Positions 47,940 through 61,812 of a stretch of DNA of 64,000 bases are shown one piece after another. The DNA is from Eledone cirrhosa (Eukaryota). Both the position numbers and the translations under genes were made by a program. The stretch is from assembly GCA_964016885.1 (NCBI GenBank), contig OZ024743.1:186558001-186622000 (forward strand). The letters are read 5' to 3'. Below the pieces are notes generated by a model. The model had not been told where the DNA came from. It did not search any database and worked only from the letters and a program-made list of their open reading frames with translations. Numbering within the stretch: the stretch's first letter is position 1; every line of letters begins with the position of its first letter.

Positions 47940-48116
47940 TTACACACTTGCAGCATTGTCATGGCTAAGGTGCTGGAATAGCCAAGCACCCATGTGATTA
48001 TTGCTTGATAAATTGGTAAGACAAGCTACCAACAATGACAAGAACTTCGTTGATCATGGCCCAGCTCGCCCAAGCATCTCAAATGTTACATGCTGAAAAG
48101 AATAGTATATGTATTT
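47940..48116 (-). mobile_element. Decayed CRE-like endonuclease C-terminus
   Basis: FQHVTFEMLGRAGP*STKFLSLL..CL....GAWLFQHLS..NAASV* resembles ET.G..GP...FL..L..RL....WL.QRLS...GNAA.V. Confidence 0.5.
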
Positions 48117-48969
48117 GAAATGTAGCCGTTCCAATATAAATGATCTTAATAATAGTCAAACAGTATAAATAATAGTTGAAAAGATTAGGTAAAGTACCTA
48201 AAAAAAAAAAATGTGAACAGAGGTGCCAACTCTGTCTACTTTATTTCTATCTACAGGGGTATCTTATCAACTATTACTTACAGCAAATTACTATTATCAT
48301 GGTCATTTGTGTTGAGCTGACTTCATTTCAAATTTTTTCATGCTTCATTAGTCAACGAGATCATCATCATCATCATTTCACGTCCATCTTCTATGCTACC
48401 ATGGGTTAGACGGTTTTGTTCCATTTGATGTGGGAATGGTTGGGAGACCATGTCTCACTCGCATGATATGTGTAAAAGATCATTTGAAACTTCTAAACTC
48501 ATATTGAAATATATTTACTATATTATAGACTGTATGCCTTAAGGATAAGTCCATGACTCAACAGAGGCCTTCTTTACATAGAAAAAAAGGAAAAGGAAAA
48601 CCAAAAGTGTTCATCAACAACACAAAGGTAACTAAAGAGAGAGAGCGAGAGAGTGTGTGTGTGTGTGCATCATCAACTGAAAATACCATTTTTTACATCT
48701 AATTTCTATATATACATTTTGTATTAATTATCTAGCACCTCAATGCATCAAGAAATTACTGAAACATAAATTATGGTGTATGAGAGTTAAGTGTAACTTT
48801 TCTGCCATTTCATAAAAATATATCTTAATTGTAAAATTAAAATGAAAAAATAATATTTAATCACTCAAAATGAGTGATTACTATTTAAATGTGGTTGTTT
48901 GGCTCTAAATCAACTTTAGTATGTTAAATTTATGATCACAGACAGTCTATCTATGAGTATTCCATCTTT

Positions 48970-49709
48970 TTAACCCTATTATGCCTGTTGGTGGGGTTCA
49001 CAGAGCTTCCCTTTCAGTATATTTCTCTTTGCATAATATTTTAAAGGAAACAGATTTTTCTATGAAATTTAGTGACTTTTCCAAAATTTTACCCTATTAA
49101 ATGCTCACATAACTGATTTAAAAAATATTTTCTCCATTACTATGGAAATAGGAGGAGTTAAACAGGGGGTATAAAATGATATTTCTTTTGATTTTTCTTG
49201 TTATAAAAATTTGATTATAAAGCCTTTGAAACCAAAACAATATTGCCAAACAACATTAACAATCTAATTTGTGTTTTGAGTTACATGGCAACGGTTGTTA
49301 TGGCAACCATGTGGTTACAAAGGCAACAATTTTTTTTATCCATTTTGCACAAGTTTTTACATTGCACCATTATTGTTTCATTATTAACAAACGTAGCAAA
49401 GAATAGGTACAGGACAGTACCTATATCCCTGCAACTTTTTATGGTCATAGCTTAGTGGAAAACTTTAGAATACGATAAATGTACATCTGGGTGAAACATG
49501 ATGACGCCATAAAAATTAGTGACATCAGCAACATTTTTTGTAATGCAAAAATATTTACCTATTAATGATCTATACTTGTGCTAAGTTTCATTGTCAGATC
49601 ATTAGTGCTTCAGGAATAAAGGAAGAGGGGGGAGGGGCTCTCAGACCCCCCCCCCCCCCCCCCCCTTGGCTTAAAAAGACCCTAAAACGCCCAGGTTTTA
49701 TGGGATTAT
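48970..49709. mobile_element. Non-autonomous DNA transposon, piggyBac-like termini
   Basis: TTAA-CCCTATTATGCCTG ... CAGGTTTTATGGGA-TTAT degenerate TIRs. Confidence 0.4.
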
Positions 49710-50645
49710 GGCTACCTAAAACTACATCATACAATGTGTTTGTCATTATTTAAGATAATAGGAAGTCTTAAAATTATCTCAGAATTTTGGATAGGCTAGT
49801 TTCTAAGCATAAAATTTTGCAATATTAAAGTAGGTTTGTTATTTATATCTTAATTTGTTTTTGAAGCTATTTTCATATATCAAAAAAAAAAAAAAGAAAA
49901 ACATTCAAAAATCTATTTTTTATACATAATCTATTTATGGTAGAAAGGACTTTTTTCACAACACAGTGAATTTAAGCAGGCATCAATATAGCAGAGAGAT
50001 TAATTTGAAGAAATTTTAAATATGTTTTCAATTCTTTTGAAGATCAGCTGAGATGCATTCCATCTACCTTGGTCTCCATCATGAATGGAGCCAATATACA
50101 TTTTTCCATTAGGAAAATCGAACAAAAAAGAAAAAAATGCTATCACCAAGAATAGAAAAATGTATATGTAGAAGAGGCTGCCAAAATAATCTACTTTGTT
50201 TCTTTAAAAAGAGAAAAGAGCAAATTTAAATGTCATTTGGTTAAGTTAAAATTTACTGGTCTATATGTATAAGTAAAAAATGACACCTAACCACACAAAG
50301 CAACAAAGGAGCCTCTACATAGTCAATCAAGCTGCTAGAAATAATAGTCAAGTATCTTTAAAATAAAACTCTAACTATCTTAAACAAGGAAGGTCACATT
50401 GGATAATGTAGTGTTAGATAGCCACAAAAAGATGTGATGGTTATTAATGGAATGCTTTTGATCATTGTCTTAACCCTCTAATGTTCAAACCGACCAAAAC
50501 CGGCCAGAATTCTCTGCCTTTTTCTGTTGAAACTAGCTGTAACTGGTCACTCAAACTGATGTTAAGGTATTGTTCTCAAAATAAATACTTTCAAAATCTC
50601 ATAGATTCGATATTATGTGAGATAAAGCATTTACCAGAAAAATAT

Positions 50646-50763
50646 AATTGTTTCTACTTTAGGCACAAGGCCAGCAATAACCCAGTACATTACTGGTACT
50701 TTATTTTATCGACTCCGTAAGGATGAAAGGCAAAGTTAACCTCGGCGGGATTTGAACTCAGAC
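50646..50763 (-). mobile_element. tRNA-derived SINE, family A, 5'-truncated
   Basis: Shared body and B-box. Confidence 0.85.
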
Positions 50764-51822
50764 ATTTATGCAAAAGTTTGCAAGGGCAAAACCCTTTCTT
50801 TTATTGTTGCGCACATCTATGTAATGGTTTGTGGTATCATTTAACTACAGTAGTTATTTTACTAATATTACTTTCATTGCTGAATGTTATTTAGTGTTCA
50901 GGCTAATGAAGGAAAAATCAGATCTAACGAAACTTTCTTAACCTTTCTACACATTCTCACAAACATAAGTAGGTTACAAATAAATAAGCAAATAAATAAA
51001 CACCAATAACAACACAAACAAAAACATCTTGAACAAAAGTAAGCACTATATTAACTGTGATGTCAATCAGCTTGTGAAATATCTGTATATGTGTTCATAA
51101 GCTTGTATTTTATAAACTAACTTTGCAATAAGTGTGGACTTTGAATTCCTACCACCTGAAAGTGTTATAGGAAGAACATGAGAGAAAGAATTGATTAAAA
51201 TATTTAAAACTAAAGATATACATGAAAGGAAACCTGATTTATTCTAATATATAAAACAAAAGGACAGGTTAAATGAAGTGAATTATAAACAAATACTGTT
51301 TCCATTCTGAGCCATAAATATTCAGCATAAGCTTGGACACACTAACATTAACTCTGTACTCTAAATTGCAGCTATTAACAATTCTATGTGTTTAGACATG
51401 TTTTCCTAGATCGATGTTATTTGAAGTGACAAAATCAATAGAATAAAACAAACCTCAGAACATATAGCAGTGGCTCATACACAATTATTGATACATAGAT
51501 AAAATTACTTGTTATTGAAGCAAAATAATAAAAATAACGAATCATCACTGTAACATTATTGGAAAACAACCTCCCAATGAACTTGAATGAACTCTGAATG
51601 TAGGACAAATGAATAAATACTCCTCCCCGTATTTGTCTCTAAACAAAAGAATGCTTTTTATATAAATGATGACATAGCTATTCCAGTAAAGCAATGATAT
51701 TTCAACTGGCAATAGAGATAAGTCACTCTTAGTTTGATTATTTATGAGAGCCTGATATTATTTGTGAAATTGAGACGATTTAGTATATAGCATACACGTG
51801 ATCAAAACACCTTCTAAACTTA

Positions 51823-52228
51823 AAATTTGAAAATGTGAGAGTCCCAAATCAAGAAAATAATTGTAATAATAGTTGATCACTATTGGTAACAGTTGAGAAA
51901 ATAGGGTAAATCATCCATAGTGATGGAAAAAGTGGACAGATGTACCTTTTCTTTGTCTCTAAGGGTAACTTACCCAATTTTCTCAACTATCATTTATAAT
52001 TGTTTCTACTTTTAGCACAAGGCCAGCAATTAACCAGTGCATTACTGGGTAATTGCTGGCCCTGTGCCAAATCTCGGCGGGATTTGAACTCAGAATGGCA
52101 AAGGCCATAACTCTATGCGTCAAAGCATGGCGTCCGATCCTCTACTGATACTGCCAACCCATCATTTATAATGACCAACTGTTCTTACAGCTATTTTCTA
52201 CACTTGGGATTCTCACATTTTCAAATTT
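51823..52228. mobile_element. Old foldback/MITE with long imperfect inverted arms, interrupted by a SINE
   Basis: AAATTTGAAAATGTGAGAGTCCCAA...GTTGAGAAAATAGGGTAA versus TTACCCAATTTTCTCAAC...TTGGGATTCTCACATTTTCAAATTT. Confidence 0.6.
52001..52160 (-). mobile_element. tRNA-derived SINE, family A, with an internal inversion and 12-bp TSD
   Basis: TSD ATCATTTATAAT at 51989-52000 and 52161-52172. Confidence 0.85.
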
Positions 52229-52925
52229 CAAACACTCCCAGCACTTTGATAATTCATAACGTTTATCTTCTAAACGTTTCTCTTGAAAATAGTTCCAATT
52301 TAATGTTTGAAATAAGCAAAGCACCTAAATGTGATTATATGCTTTCTAAAATTTACATGTGGGCCCATTTTAAGACACTTTAGCTCTTTGTTTAATCATT
52401 GTGGTTAAGGTCCTGCTGAAGTACGAACAGCAATGGTTGAAAATTTGCACTTTTCTAAAGAATTATTTATTCAAGATAACAAGTAAAGAACGTATAAATT
52501 GAAATCATAAACAAAACCTTTAAATATGCATTTAAAAAATGATTTTTAATATATGATATATCTGAAAGAATTCCTCCACATCTACCCTTGCTAAAAAAAT
52601 TCGTTTTTATTTGTATGTCCAACCTTTTCTAGCAGAGAAAGTGGGATGTTAAATGATGATGATGAAGCATTGCAATGAAAAATAAATTCCACCAAAGAAA
52701 CTATTTCCACTTTTGTTAATTATAAGCCTATTTTAAATTTGTTTAGTAAGTGTGCATTTAATTTTCATTAAGTTATATTTTAAAGTTGGATAGTTTTCTA
52801 ATGAAGCCTAAATTCATGTTAGAAAACAAAACTAAAGTCATGAGTATTTCAAATACTGGAATAAATCTTATGCTGTGAAGCAGTAAAGTCAAAGAGGCAG
52901 CTAGACTTAAGAATTGTGCTAATAA

Positions 52926-53254
52926 TGATTTCTACTATAGGCACAAGGCCAGCAATTTTGGGAGAGGGGAAAGTCGATTAAATTGACCCCAGTGCATTTA
53001 TTTTATCGACCCTGTAAGGATGAAAGGCAAATCTAACCTCAGTGGGATTTGAACACAGAACGTATAGGGCTGAAGTACAAGGCCATCAATTTTTTTTGAT
53101 GGGTAAAGTTGATTATACCAACCCCAGTATTTTACTAGTACTTTATTTTATCAACCCCAGAAGGATAGCAGGCAAAATTGACCTCGGTGGGATTTGAAAC
53201 CAGAATGTAGAGGGCCTTAAAGGAATACTGACGATCAAACAATTTTGCCAATCC
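52926..53254 (-). mobile_element. Two tandem copies of a longer, older SINE-A subfamily
   Basis: TTTTATC(G/A)ACCC...AGGCAAA...ACCTC...GGGATTTGAA occurs twice, with an extra G-rich segment. Confidence 0.75.
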
Positions 53255-54236
53255 AATGTTTAAATAAAGAAAATGATTATAATTTAAGAAATTATATGAG
53301 GGAGCCTTTACTTAGCTGTTCAACCTGCTATAAATGAGGGACATATTGATCAATGTAGTCATAAGTATACATAGGCACAGGATGATATCAAATCGAAGAC
53401 CTTTGATAATAGATATGCTCAATCAGGGCTAACCTGGGTTAATCAACAACAATAATATTGCTATGTTGTCTGAGATAATATAGCTATCAGTGAACCTCTT
53501 CCTTTTTACCTAAACTCCTTGTACACAGTTGTAATACCTGAAGAATGAGATAATGTGATATTTATAAGATTTTCTTCCAATCATCAGTAGAATTTGCAAA
53601 GAAAATTCTTTATCAATAAAATGATATTAAATCAGTGATGGTAACACTTCTGTAACCACATTAGAAGGTGTTAATATAATTTTATAAAAGTGAGAATTTT
53701 GGTTATAATGTCCTTAAAAATTAATTAATACTACAACAATCTAAAAGATAACTAAATTAAATTAAAAAGGTAGCTCCATTATCATGATAGGAATATATAT
53801 ATTTCTAAACTAAAATCTCATTTAGAAATGATTGTTATATTTCTTATAACTGTTATTATTATACAATCAGAAATGTAACTGAGATAAGGGAATATATTTA
53901 GTCAAAACAATTCTACAAATACAAATTATTTTGCAAGATTTCTAATTTTTAACTAAATATTCTATTATTTATTAGCTGTTTATTATAGAAATAAATTTTT
54001 ATATTCCTAAAATATATCTTAACTATATATTTACTTCCAACCATTATTATATAGTGTGCATCATTCAGATCACTGCCTTGATAAAGAGTTTAAAGATGCC
54101 AGGGATATATAAATTATTATAGTTTAGGTACTGAAATATTGTGGCTACTGCCTAAGGAAATGAGAAGCATTAACACAGCTATAAATAAATATCATACTTT
54201 GGACAAACACTGGGTTCATTGTATACAGAAAATAAT

Positions 54237-54415
54237 AATTGTTTCTACTTTTGGCACAAGGCCAGCAATTACCCAGTGCATTACTGGTACTTTATTTTAT
54301 CGACCCCGTAAGGATGAAAGGCAAAGTCAACCTCGGCGGGATTTGAACTCAGATCGTAAAGGGACGTAACTATGCTGGAAAGCATGGCGTCCGACCCTCT
54401 ACCGATACTGCCAAT
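54237..54415 (-). mobile_element. tRNA-derived SINE, family A
   Basis: Near-identical to the reverse complement of 33659-33844. Confidence 0.9.
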
Positions 54416-55096
54416 ATCTTTAGATTAACCATATGCAATTACCAGTGGCATGATAATAATATATTTCTATTCATTTCATATTACACAGATAACTATAAAT
54501 TTAATACACAGATAACTATATATTTAAACTTAGGAAATATATTTGATAAAAATATTGTCTAAATTCTTCACCAGCACCACAACCACTGCCACCACAACAA
54601 GTATCCCCACCTGCACCAGCACCTCCACCACCACCAACACAACCGGCACCAGCACCACCACTATTGCTATCGCTATCATCATCATCACTATTTTTTGCCC
54701 ACATTTCTATGCTGGATTGGATTGGATAGGAGGGTCATGACATCAACCTTTTTAGTCATATTGTATGATATGCAGGGATTTGGTGTACTTATTCTAAAAA
54801 CTGGGATACACATGACAAAATATAATAATATAAAAGGAATAAAATAATATTTATTTCTATTTAGAGAGAGAGTCATCCATTTATAGGGTAAGAAGAATAA
54901 AATAATGTGAAGTTTATAAGATGTTTTTAAGGTCCTCAGTGGTATATAAACTAAGGATATTCTTTTTTTATACAAAAAAAAAAAAATGGCTTGTGAAGTA
55001 TTTTTTTTTCGTTGGAACTATATTTCACTATTGCATTTACATGTTCCCTTTTATTATATTAAAGAAATAGTGTATTACTGTGATTTACTGAAATAT

Positions 55097-55285
55097 CATT
55101 GTTTCTACTTTTGGCACAAGGCCAGCAATTACCCAGTACATTACTGGTACTTTATTTTATCGACCCCGTAATGATGAAAGGCAAAGTTAACCTCGGCGGG
55201 ATTTGAACTCAGACCATAAAGGGCCGTAACTCTTTGCTGCAAAGCATAGCGTCCGACCCTCTACCGATAGTGCCAATCCACTGCC
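55097..55285 (-). mobile_element. tRNA-derived SINE, family A, with 13-bp TSD
   Basis: TTTACTGAAATAT at 55084-55096 and 55289-55301. Confidence 0.9.
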
Positions 55286-55308
55286 ACCTTTACTGAAATA
55301 TAATGGAT

Positions 55309-56472
55309 AATTAGATGCGATGCAGTTTGGTTTTGTGCCTGGGAAAAGTACAAAAAATGCCCTTTTCTTAGTGAGACAACTACAAGAGAGGTTCCTAGAG
55401 AAGAATAAGCTACTATACTTAGCATTTGTTGACCTAGAGAAGGCCTTTGATAGGGTACCTCGATCTGTCATCTGGTGGTCCCTAAGGAAACTAGGTGTTG
55501 AGGAATGGCTTATGAGGACAGTGCAAGCTATGTACATAGGTGCTGTCAGTAAAGTGAGAGTAGGAATGGAGTTTAGTGAGGAATTCCAGATACAAGTAGG
55601 AGTACATCATGGTTCGGTCCTCAGCCCGCTCATGTTCATTATAGTCCTCCAAGCCATAACAGAGGAGTTTAAGACTGGCTGCCCATGGGAACTTCTATAT
55701 GCTGACGATCTGCTTCTTATAGAAGAATCAGTAGAGGAGCTAGAGAATAAATTCTGGCTATGGAAACAGCAGCTGGAATTAAGAGGACTGAGAGTAAACC
55801 TAACTAAGACAAAGGTGTTGATAAGTAGCAAAGAGGACAAAACTCTGATACCATCAAGGAAATGGCCATGTTCAATATGTAGGAAAGGAGTTGGCATAAA
55901 TTCTATAAAATGTACACAATACAGATCTTGGGTACACAAGAGATGTAATGGGATAGCAGGCAAGCTAACAGGTAGGGAAAATTATGTATGTAGTAGATGT
56001 ACAGGGAAATTTGACAGTAGAAATCGCAGTGATAGACACATTTTTCAAATGCAGATGGGTTCTATAGAAGTGGTTGATAGCTTCCGGTACCTAGGTGATC
56101 AGATTAGTATGGGAGGGAAGTGGGGTTGTCTGAGGCCATAGTATCTAGAATAAGGACGGGTTGGAAAAAGTTTAGAAAGCTGCTTCCTCTGTTGACAAAT
56201 AAGAGTTTCTCTCTGCGTATGAAAGGCTGGTTATATGATGCCTGTGTGAGATATGCGATGCTGCATGGTAGTGAGACATAGGCAGCAACTACAGAGGATA
56301 TGCGACGGCTGGAGAGACCATGAAAAACATGGGCGGAGGTGGTGAGTGCAGACCTCAGATCGCTGAAGCTCACAGAGGAGATGACGAAGGACCGTGACAA
56401 GATGCTGAATAGGACCCATCCCACCCTTTCAAGCAGGGAAAAGTGGACGTATGATGATGATGATGATGATGA
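55309..56472 (+). mobile_element. 5'-truncated, internally deleted RTE LINE (PHD-in-RT family) with short 3'UTR
   Basis: [38 protein letters not shown]; frameshift near 56120; (GAT)n tail. Confidence 0.9.
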
Positions 56473-56475
56473 AAG

Positions 56476-56815
56476 TGTAGGTGTCACAACAAAAGTGCCC
56501 AGTCCACACTGTAAAGTAGTCATGTAGGTGTCAGGACAAAAAGTGCCCAGACCTCATTGTAAAGTGGTCATGTTGGTGACATGATAAAAAGTGCCCAGCC
56601 TACACTGTAAAGTGGTCATGTAGGTGTCATCACAAAAAAGCACCCAGCACACACTGTAAATGTGATTGGCATTAGGAAGGGCCTCCAGCCATAGAAACCA
56701 ACCCCAAATCAGTTCTGCGTGAGTGAAACACCGTCCTCCAACATGATCTCTCACCAAGAGACAGCCTGCTCTACCCATGCTAGCATGGAAAATGGACGTT
56801 AAATGATGATGATGA
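56476..56815 (+). mobile_element. RTE-related short element with four ~40-bp tandem units and (GAT)n tail
   Basis: (GTAGGTGTCA..AAAAAGTGCCCAG..CACTGTAAAGTGGTCAT)x4, then AGGAAGGGCCTCCAGC, then GGACGTTAAAT(GAT)n. Confidence 0.8.
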
Positions 56816-57984
56816 GGAGGAAGAAAGTGTAGCCATAGACAACATTCAAGTATATTTAATCAAAACGCATACCTTCCACAGCTTAATTATATTTCATATT
56901 AATACAATTTTTATATGTAAGATAATCTATTTCAAATTAATAAAAGTGATTAGCAATATTCATAGTTGGAATGGAAGAATTCAAACTTAAACTTTTAAAA
57001 ATAAAATTTACTAAATGCATAAAACTGATGTTATTGATTCAATGCTGCTATGAAAATAGTTGATATTTATATTTACAATGATGCTATTGTCTCATATTTT
57101 AATATTTGTTTATCTTCCATAGGAAGAGTTGGAATATTGCTGAATTTTAGTTGGGATGTAAGGGAGCAAGAGAATCTTTAAAAAGAACTTCATTACAGAA
57201 ATAAGTAGCTTTAAGAAAATAGACAGAGAGGGAATTTAAAGGTAAGATTTGTGATACAAGAAACTTGATGATGGCTGATTATAATGACTATATCATTCTT
57301 GAACTTTAACAACAACAATAATAACATTAATAATAATAATAACGATAATAATAATAATAATAATGATATTAATAATAATAATAATGTCCATTGAAGAAGA
57401 TAATGCTATTCATAAATTGTATTCATCTTAAAAGCAAGCTATCAATAAAATAAATTAATAAAATATTCATCAGGCTGCCTATTAGGCCTTTGTTTTCCAG
57501 CAAAGACATTCAGTAAAGTAATAAAATATTCTTTTGTTTCAATCTATGATTATTGTCTTTCATTTCCTATAGAATTAAAAAAAAAATATTTCAGAAGATG
57601 TGTTTAATAAACAATGATTTCTGAATTCTGCATATTGAAGATGGTAATAGAAACAATGATTTAGTTCTATGTTGTAAGTACAATGCTATATATATATATA
57701 TTTATAAATACATAGGGTAAACTGTAACATATCCATTTTGAGTGAACTAATGTTTATTTGTACAGTTTGTCATTTGTCAAGATTATATTGGTTTTCTGAA
57801 GATAATTTTATGAAACAAACATGTCCATGTTTAGTGTCATGAAGTAAATATAAACTAAGAAAATACAAATATGTAAAGAAACTAAAATATATTCTAGTTG
57901 GAGATAACAGAAACTTAGGTGAAATATCAACAATAGAGATTGCAAAAATTAGGCAACTAATAGGCAAACTAAATGTGTTAATCA

Positions 57985-58257
57985 CACATAGAGGAGAATT
58001 GAGTTATGATATAGTATGGACATAGAATGCATATGGATGATAATTATTAGGTGAAGGAGTGCTAAGAAATCCCAGGGAAAAGAAACTGCTGTAAAGGGAG
58101 ACTAAAGGAGACCCGAGCAGAGGTTATGAGAGCTGATTTCAAATTATTGAACCCAGAGAGTTGACGACAAGGGACCACAATAAGTGGAGAGATGCCATGC
58201 TGGAAAGGTCCCATCCAACTCATTCAAATTTGGAAATGTGGATGGATGATGATGATG
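57985..58257 (+). mobile_element. Decayed RTE 3' end
   Basis: Degenerate match to the 56300-56470 and 58895-59226 3' ends; (GAT)n tail. Confidence 0.55.
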
Positions 58258-58894
58258 TGAGTCAGTTAAATTCCATCCTTAACAAAAAACATAGAATGTA
58301 TAACAAAAGATGACAAAATAGTAAAGTAAGCAAGGATGGAAAAATCTCAACTTGTGTTACTCGAAGATTAGGACACTTTGATAAATTATAGATAGTTGCA
58401 TATACTGATGCATAATAAAAAGCCAACCAAAGATTGTTGATTAAGTTCCATAACTATGTTGATTGAATATTTGCTTTTGCTTTAACTGCCCTGCTTATAA
58501 CATCCAACTTCTTCATTCTAGATCCTTATCTTTTGTAAGTCTCGAATAAATAGTTTGTTCTGGTTTGGAAAGCTCAATCATTTTTAGAACATATTTTTAT
58601 TTAGGTTGTCTACACTCTGCTGCTCTTATAGGTTGCTAATGTTCAACAGAATGAACAAGGGACAGAAAAGTAAATAGTTTGATCAGGACATAGTGTTTAT
58701 TCCAATAGCAGAGTTAGTACCATTTATTTACAAGTCTAGCCATTTGTCATTCAGTTTCTAGTGTTAATTCAGAAATACAATGGTTCAAGTCACCAGCTTG
58801 TAATTTCAAAGAAAAAAATGGAAGAAAAATCATCTTTAGTTGGAGGTTCCAAAGAAAAATTCTTAACCAAACATTCTTGTGCATTTATATATAT

Positions 58895-59226
58895 ATCATC
58901 ATCATCATTTTACGTCCGTTTTTCCTCGCTTGCAAGGGTGGGACAGGTCCTATTCAGCACAGCATCTCTCCAATTGTTACGGTCCTTCGTCATTTCCTCC
59001 GTGAGCTTCAGAGATCTGAGGTCTGCTCTAACCCCCACCACCCATGTTTTTCGTGGTCTTCGCACTTCTTTACCCACCGGTTATCCTCCATGCGCATCAC
59101 ATGTCCATACCATCTCAGTCTTCTCTCCCGCACACTACAACTTATCCCTCTTATACACAGTTTCTCTCTCAACTCATCTATGCTTGATCGTTCATGCACA
59201 TTGTCATTGCACATCCAATGGAGCAT
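58895..59226 (-). mobile_element. RTE 3' fragment
   Basis: MLHWMC...[14 protein letters not shown]; (GAT)n tail. Confidence 0.85.
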
Positions 59227-60901
59227 ATATATATATATATAATTCAAGGTGACATGATCTATATAAAGCATTGAGTCATGCTATTTTTCTCTGGAATGCT
59301 CAGGCACTTACTCATTAATTTCACAAGCAGGCAGTTCCATTGATCAAATCAACTGGAGCACTTATTGTTGGAGATGATGGATGTCCAACAACAAATACAC
59401 ACACTCACACACACACACACACTCATGTATCACAACAGTAAATAGTCAGGTAAATGAAGAGTTTTGCTGATAATATTTCAAGCTTAATATCAATCAGCAA
59501 GATAAAACAAATTTTCTTATCACTGGTATAATCTAAGAACTAATCTTCATGTAAGAAAATCTGCCAAGTAGTGTGAATATGGTAGTATAGATCACATAAA
59601 TAGTAATAAAACAAAATCACAAAGATGAAAATTACTGTATACACTATATAAACAATTCACCATTACTAATATACTGGTGTTTTAAAGAACTACTGCATTT
59701 AATATCAAAATAAGAGAAATTGAAAAAGGGAAAAGAGAAAGTGAAGAGATAGAAGTTAGAGTCAAATTGTTTATACAATATTTACCAAATATGATGTACT
59801 ACATAAAAATTATAAGTAAAAAATTAGTTATGATATTAGAAATTATATAGGAATATATATAGTGAAATATATCTAGTACTTAGAAAGTATACCTTAATAA
59901 TATTTAATAGAACATATACAGAATAATGCAAGCTTTATTAAGGAATACAGGAATACTGGAGAAGATAATAATAAACTTATAGTAAACTACATAATTATTA
60001 TACATTAATATTTATGAAATAAATAAAAAATTAAACCTTATTTATGTTAAGCAAGTGTATGAATATTAAGTTAATTATTTTTAATTAAAAAATGTTAAAA
60101 CCTTACTCATGCCAAATCTGGTGTACACGTATGATGTAATAATATTCAAAACTGGTTGCAGATTATTAATTTATAGAGAATTTAATTATGTTAATCAAAA
60201 CATATAGAATATTACAAAATGGATTAGGAATTATGTGAATGCCAGAAAATAATATAATAAACTTTTGTTAGCAAATTATTAATAAGAATTATGAATATAA
60301 AGAGAAAAATAATTAAGTAAATGAAGTGTATGAGATTCTAATGTTAATAATTATTTTTTTACTACTTCTCTTGCAAAACTGGGTGCATATACTCACATTG
60401 TGAATATTCTTAGTAGACATTAGATGCATTATTGAAAATAACTAAAGTGTATAATATCAACACGAGAAAAAGTGAAGAATAAGAAGTTAGAATCATATCA
60501 TCTATACAATATTTATCAAACAACATATTTTAAATGCAAAGTAAAAACAAATGCTTAGATATGGTATTAGAAATGTTCACCAAGTATCTTCTTAAACAGC
60601 ATTCACTTGGCGTGAAATTTGGTGGGTGGAAACTATTTTGGTGTTTCAAACCTGTCGTCTATATTTATATATTTGTACTATGGTGCAAAGCAAAACTGTT
60701 TCTCAACACCCTAGACCAGTTACTATATTATGACAACTATAAAAAAATGTCTTTCTTCTTTTTCTCTATGGACAGAAAAATGGTGTCTACCATCAAACAG
60801 AATATTATTTGTGTTTTGGTGGCAAGGAGTTGCCTGTCCAGTAGAAGAATTAGGGAGGGGAAATAAGATGGATGTTAAATTTTCATAATGTGCTTTGTTC
60901 G

Positions 60902-61205
60902 GAATTCCAGGTAGAGCTGCTACTTCTCTGAATTGAGAGATCACAGCTTCAATAACTATGGGCATGTGGTTAGAATATCTCAGGAAAGAATCGCTAGACA
61001 GATTTTACTGGCAAAACCAACTGGCAAGAGACCTGAGGATAGAACCTGAGCAAGGTGGTTGGATAACATCCATGATTTTGGCTGGTCATGCTTGAGGATC
61101 TGGCCAGATCAGTTGGAGATGGTTGCTTCTGACAGGACCTGCTGGAAGGAGTGTTTGAGGACTCTGTCTCTACAACCCTCTCAGGAATAAGTGGGTGAAG
61201 AAGAA
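60902..61205 (+). mobile_element. Rex3/Expander-like RTE 3' fragment with 12-bp TSD
   Basis: Homologous to 63705-64000; GTGC(T/C)TTGTTCG at 60890-60901 and 61206-61217. Confidence 0.8.
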
Positions 61206-61382
61206 GTGCCTTGTTCGACTAAGTATTTGAACAGAGTGGGATTCATTTAAAGTACAATATAACATTTGATCATGGAAACTGTGTGGAAACCAGTCATATA
61301 TATATGTGTGTGCATCTGTAGAAAGTATCCGTATGTGTGGAAAAGGAAAAAGCAAAACAGTGCTTAATCAGGGATGAGAGCT

Positions 61383-61417
<35 letters not shown>

Positions 61418-61420
<3 letters not shown>

Positions 61421-61812
61421 GATGTATTCAGTTTGAAACTGGTTAGGCCATTACTCAATAGGGAACTCGATACTTGGGTTAGTAGAGTCGTGACTCTTTA
61501 TAAGACTCTGGGACACAGACTGGAGTCATGCATACCTACCTTTTCTCCCTTCAACAAAGACACAGACAACCACATCCATGCCATCCCTTACCCCCACCCC
61601 GGACCTTTCACCCACCTATCAGAATTTCGTTTTTAACTTTCTTTCATAATCTTCTCTCACTATTCTTATGTGTATCTGTTTTCTCCTTATCCAAACTATT
61701 CTGAAGAAAGACTTCTATCCAAAACATTGGAACCTCCTACACTTCCACCAAGCATGAACCTAATATAACTGTGTAAAATTGCCTTTTGTGTTTTGTTTGT
61801 TTCATTTATTAA
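61418..61812 (+). mobile_element. Decayed Penelope-like 3' end/pLTR between TA repeats
   Basis: ..RPLLNRE-like terminal peptide; CTGAAGA at 61701 in a context resembling 20580-20706, with the GAAA decayed. Confidence 0.4.

Noticed and set aside
54543-54740. Thr- or Gly-rich ORFs
   Set aside because: Degenerate (CCA)n/(CAT)n repeat at a decayed RTE-type tail.
56476-56680. CRISPR-like array
   Set aside because: Contiguous ~40-bp tandem units with no unique spacers, in a eukaryotic retroelement context.
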